This document shows positions 59,622 through 64,000 of a stretch of 64,000 bases of DNA, one piece after another; positions within the stretch are counted from its first letter, which is position 1, and each line of letters begins with the position of its first letter. This stretch comes from Amphiscolops sp. MND2022 (taxonomy: Eukaryota). Both the position numbers and the translations under genes were made by a program. Below the pieces are notes generated by a model. That model was not told the origin of the DNA. It ran no database searches and saw only the letters and a program-made list of their open reading frames with translations. The stretch is taken from assembly GCA_964187785.1 (NCBI GenBank), contig OZ076409.1:21206001-21270000 (forward strand), given 5' to 3'.

Positions 59622-61219
59622 TCACGCACATTGGCCTGCTTCACGTGCGTGGCTTTATTTTATCGGACTGAATTCGAACTGAAATGAAAATTATCGAACT
59701 GAACTCTTTGACAAATTGAATAGCACCTACCCACAATAACGCATTTTCTGCTGCCTAACTTTTGAAAATCTGCCTTTAAAAATCTGAATTTCACTTTTGG
59801 TCTCACACAATTTTGGACAAAACTTTTATTATGCTTATTTCTAGTCAGCAACAAAGATATTCATTTTTCTAGAAACAACACAACATTATTGGAAATATGT
59901 CTTTTTTTCCTCCCGAAATACACCTTTTTTTGTATCATCTCAACCCCCCCCCCAATACGAAAGGTTTTCTGTCTTATAAACCTTATAAACCCAACTCTGT
60001 CTTATATTAATAACATAACCTTCTTACAGATGAAATTTGTAGATGAAATTTGACTGTCTATCAAGCTGAACTGAATTTAACTGGTGGAACTCTCGGCCAA
60101 TAAGAAAGCGCCATTGTGCAGGTTATCATAAAGGCATCGAATTATTTCTGCAATTTATAGAAGGTTAAGAAAAGTACAAGGTAATATAATTAATATTAAT
60201 TATTATTAATATTGTTCAATATTTATAGACAACATGAGCCGACTCCATTTTTAGTTACTATTTGATCCTCAAACTGAGAACCTCTCGAAAAATACATCAT
60301 ACTTGAATTATAAGTCGTTAATAAAAATATAAATTACTTTATTAAATTATTATAGGATTTGAATTTACAATTTACAAATTTACAATTTACAATATACAAT
60401 TCAAAAAATTTTTTGTGAGCTAATGAAACCAAATGTGCTTTCGTATTCACAACAAGGTGTACCTGGACGGGTATTTGGTTGGTTGAACACCCAAAATAAT
60501 GCAGCCCAACTGTTATTGTCAGTGAATTTGAGTCCTTTCTTCAGATCATCACTTCCGTGTGAGAGGTGTGAAATAATTGGCGAAAGCGGCAGGCAGCCAA
60601 TCAAATTTGAACTTGAAGGTTTTTATTAAGTACCTGCAATGGCAAAACTGTCAATTTATAAAATGGCAATAGAATTGCAAAAAATCATTTACATATTAAT
60701 ATATTAATAACATAATATAATTGTAATATAAAATAATATAATTGTATATTGATACAAATTTACAGTTCCAAATGATTATAGCAACAAACCCACCTCCCAA
60801 ATATATTGGATATAAAACTGAATTTCCATCTTTGAGCAACAATTTTACAACTTTCGAGAATACCACCAGGAAGTAAATATGAAATTAAAGCCAGCCAGTG
60901 TTTTCTTTCCTACAACTTCGGTAACAATAATTTGATGTGCAAACTGGCCTCTTTCTCAACTAGCCGGGATGGTGCAATTTGGCCTCGACGTTCTGAACTC
61001 GACGGCGAGTCGCTAAAGATGGGTTAAAAAAGTCGATTTTTTTTTCACGAATGGACGTTTTTTGGGCGTTTTGCATGTGTGGTAAAATATTTTTTTCCAA
61101 CTCTTTCGGGAAGATGCTTAAACCATGGATGCCAAATTGCACGGCCAATTTGCAGGGGGACTTTGTGCAAATCGGACTGTCGATTGAACTCAAGGGGTGC
61201 AATTTGGACTCTCGGAGTA

Positions 61220-61800
<581 letters not shown>

Positions 61801-62479
61801 GTAACTCTCAAGTGACCGAGACGCCTGAAAGTCCTACCCTCTTTTGAAACTTGAAGTGTAATCATTAGTGAAGATGATCTTAGTACAGTAGCGTGATTAA
61901 AAAAAATGCCCGGCCTGCTTCTACACTGAGCGTTATCATAATTGATCGATTAAGCTATGATCAACTTTTAAAAATGCATATTTGCTCAATTTCAACTGAT
62001 TATATATTTTCAACACTTTCAACTAATATCATATTTCAACATATTTTCAACTAATAACAACTAGTTTTCAAATAGTTTTTTCTTTATCGAAAACATTATT
62101 TTTCTTCCTTACATGCTGATGATACGTATGATACTAGTGGAGTCTCTCATAAATTTAGAAATGTTTTCAGGACAACCAAAGATTTTTTTTTGAATTTTTG
62201 AATTACGTTTCGAGTTACTTGGTTTTTTCTCTGGAGTTAACGCTTTATCTCATAACGAGACAACCCGGTAAAATAGGTTTCAGGCACGCAGCTGTATGAT
62301 CTCGGACATTTCAAAAAGTCTGTCGGAAGTTTGCAATTTGTTTTTTCTTCTTCTACCGTGACGGTCACTTCTGGTGGCTATCATAACTTTTGAAATTGTT
62401 TTCATAATCATTAAGCCAGTATCATCGTTTTTGTGATTTGTTTCTGGTTTCTTGCTTAAACAGGTGTTGTATTTCAGAT

Positions 62480-63500
62480 CGAAATGATACAAAAACCAAT
62501 CATCACTCATGCTGGCATCAATTACGTGAAACTCATATTCCTGAACCTCTTGTTCCCGAATGTGTTCCTGCTGGAAAGCAATGACTGTCTTCTTCCCAAT
62601 GATCGCAGGAAGGCTACAGATTTCCTCAAGAAGCATTTAAAAGGTTTATTTTCATTTATCAAAAACATACATACTACGTTTTGAACAATTACGTTTACGA
62701 TCTCTAGTTAGTAACTAGAGATCGTAAACGTAATTGTCCAAAACGTGGTTGTGAGATGTAAGGAATGCACTTAAGCATAGCATTGTAGTTGATCGTTCGT
62801 GGCACGTTTTGATTCATGATTGTTGCAGGACTGAACGTAAACTTCTCTGATGTATACAAGCCCCATGGATCCAGCAATTCCAATCTCTTTACCAGTTACT
62901 TGATTTGCTTTGACAGAGAGAACTCAAAGATATTCCAAAGTGTAAAGATCTCTATGAGATTTATTACCAGTCAACTTTATGTCTTTTCGTTGATCGTGCG
63001 TTGACGCCATACAAATTGAAACTGGATATTTTACTCAGACTTTTTGAGAAGTGTGAGCTTCTGTCTCCATTTTATTACATGACAGAAGGAACTGAAAAAA
63101 GCCACCACACGGCAGCCAAAGACTACAATACGAAGACAATGCGTGATGGTGGCAATGATGCTTGGAACATGTCATCCAGTTATCTCGATATTCAGTTTTC
63201 CTTCTACCGTGCAATTGATTTATAATCTTCAAAGTCTTCGACACTTGAATCTTACCGGAAGTTGTATAGAAAAACCGACGTGACAAAGACGTATCTTGAA
63301 ATTTGCTGTGAACCCATTCCAGAACCGGAACTTGACTATCTTAGAACTGAAGACATGTTTAGAGGTATGCACTTTGTCATTCTTGGAACATATGGTCACC
63401 TGAAAGAAACTCAAGCGAGTCGTGAGAAGAAGATCACTGGAAATGGACGTATTCAATTTATTGATAATATCTGCACCTCCATCATTGATTCCCTGGACGA
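62480..63500 (+). pseudogene. Decayed spliced gene, possibly a RAG1/Transib-like transposase C-terminus followed by a BRCT-like start
   Basis: LFVDRALTPYKLKL...MTEGTEKSHH resembles the TPY..EGxExx segment around the last catalytic Glu. FRGMHFVILG..KKITGNG resembles a BRCT beta1-alpha1. Probable intron at ~62644-62829. Stops and frameshifts present. Confidence 0.3.
62676..62746. repeat. ~71-bp near-perfect palindrome
   Basis: ACGTTTTGAACAATTACGTTTACGATCTCTAGTTAGTAACTAGAGATCGTAAACGTAATTGTCCAAAACGT. Confidence 0.9.
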
Positions 63501-64000
63501 CTGAAAGAGTTGGCTATTTACGACAATTTTTCCCTTCGTTGCCCATTCCAGGCTCAACCTCTTTTTTAACAATTGACACTATTTTTTCACAACAGTCATT
63601 GGAAACAGGCGTTTCGCTGCAGAATTTTTGGAGCTCTTCTTTGAAGACTATATCAGAATTAGAAATTGCATTGGGTCATTTTATTGAAATTCTCAAGCAG
63701 TTTTTCACAAGTCAAACTTTGAAAATCAAGAAAAAAAACACCTTAGTTCATAAACTTCTTCATTTATTTCTGCCAAACTTGTTTTGCCTTCAAAGGGAAG
63801 ATATTCAAATGGAGATTCAATGCCTACTTACTCTCAGTAATCCTCAGGATCTTTTAGTCAAAATACGTCGACTTATACAATGCCCTTTCATCAAATCCAC
63901 CATTCTCCCTTCAAGACGTGAACTTCAAGCAATCACATACAAATTGAACGAAGATTTCAGATCAAAACTTACTCCCAGAAGAACCCCCACTAGGTTCCGT

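Overview
This is repeat-rich, AT-rich eukaryotic DNA with spliceosomal introns, probably from an invertebrate animal; no ordinary host gene is recognisable. 0.5-5.9 kb: a non-coding element with short terminal inverted repeats (TIRs), sitting between two (TAG)n tracts. 6.8-18.4 kb: decayed retroelements (an unknown frameshifted ORF, a LINE fragment with a CCHC finger, a near-full-length CR1-type LINE with an extra esterase-like ORF, and CRE-like fragments). 18.7-31.5 kb: four tandem copies of a ~3.2 kb LINE/MITE mosaic. 32.3-35.3 kb: an L2/CR1-type LINE. 36-52.6 kb: MITEs, palindromes and a 5.9 kb tandem duplication carrying a spliced gene that fuses a degenerate tyrosine-recombinase-like core to a SETD8-like SET domain. 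The most notable structure is an ~8.6 kb element (52605-61219) inserted in the (CTA)n/poly-Thr tract of that SET gene. It has TIRs, subterminal repeat arrays, an intact two-exon zinc-finger/tyrosine-recombinase gene (812 aa), a divergent gene built from two copies of the recombinase's C-terminal domain, and a candidate HDV/CPEB3-like self-cleaving ribozyme. A second copy of that ribozyme lies in the (TAG)n-flanked element at the window start. All family assignments come from reading motifs by eye, not from database searches.
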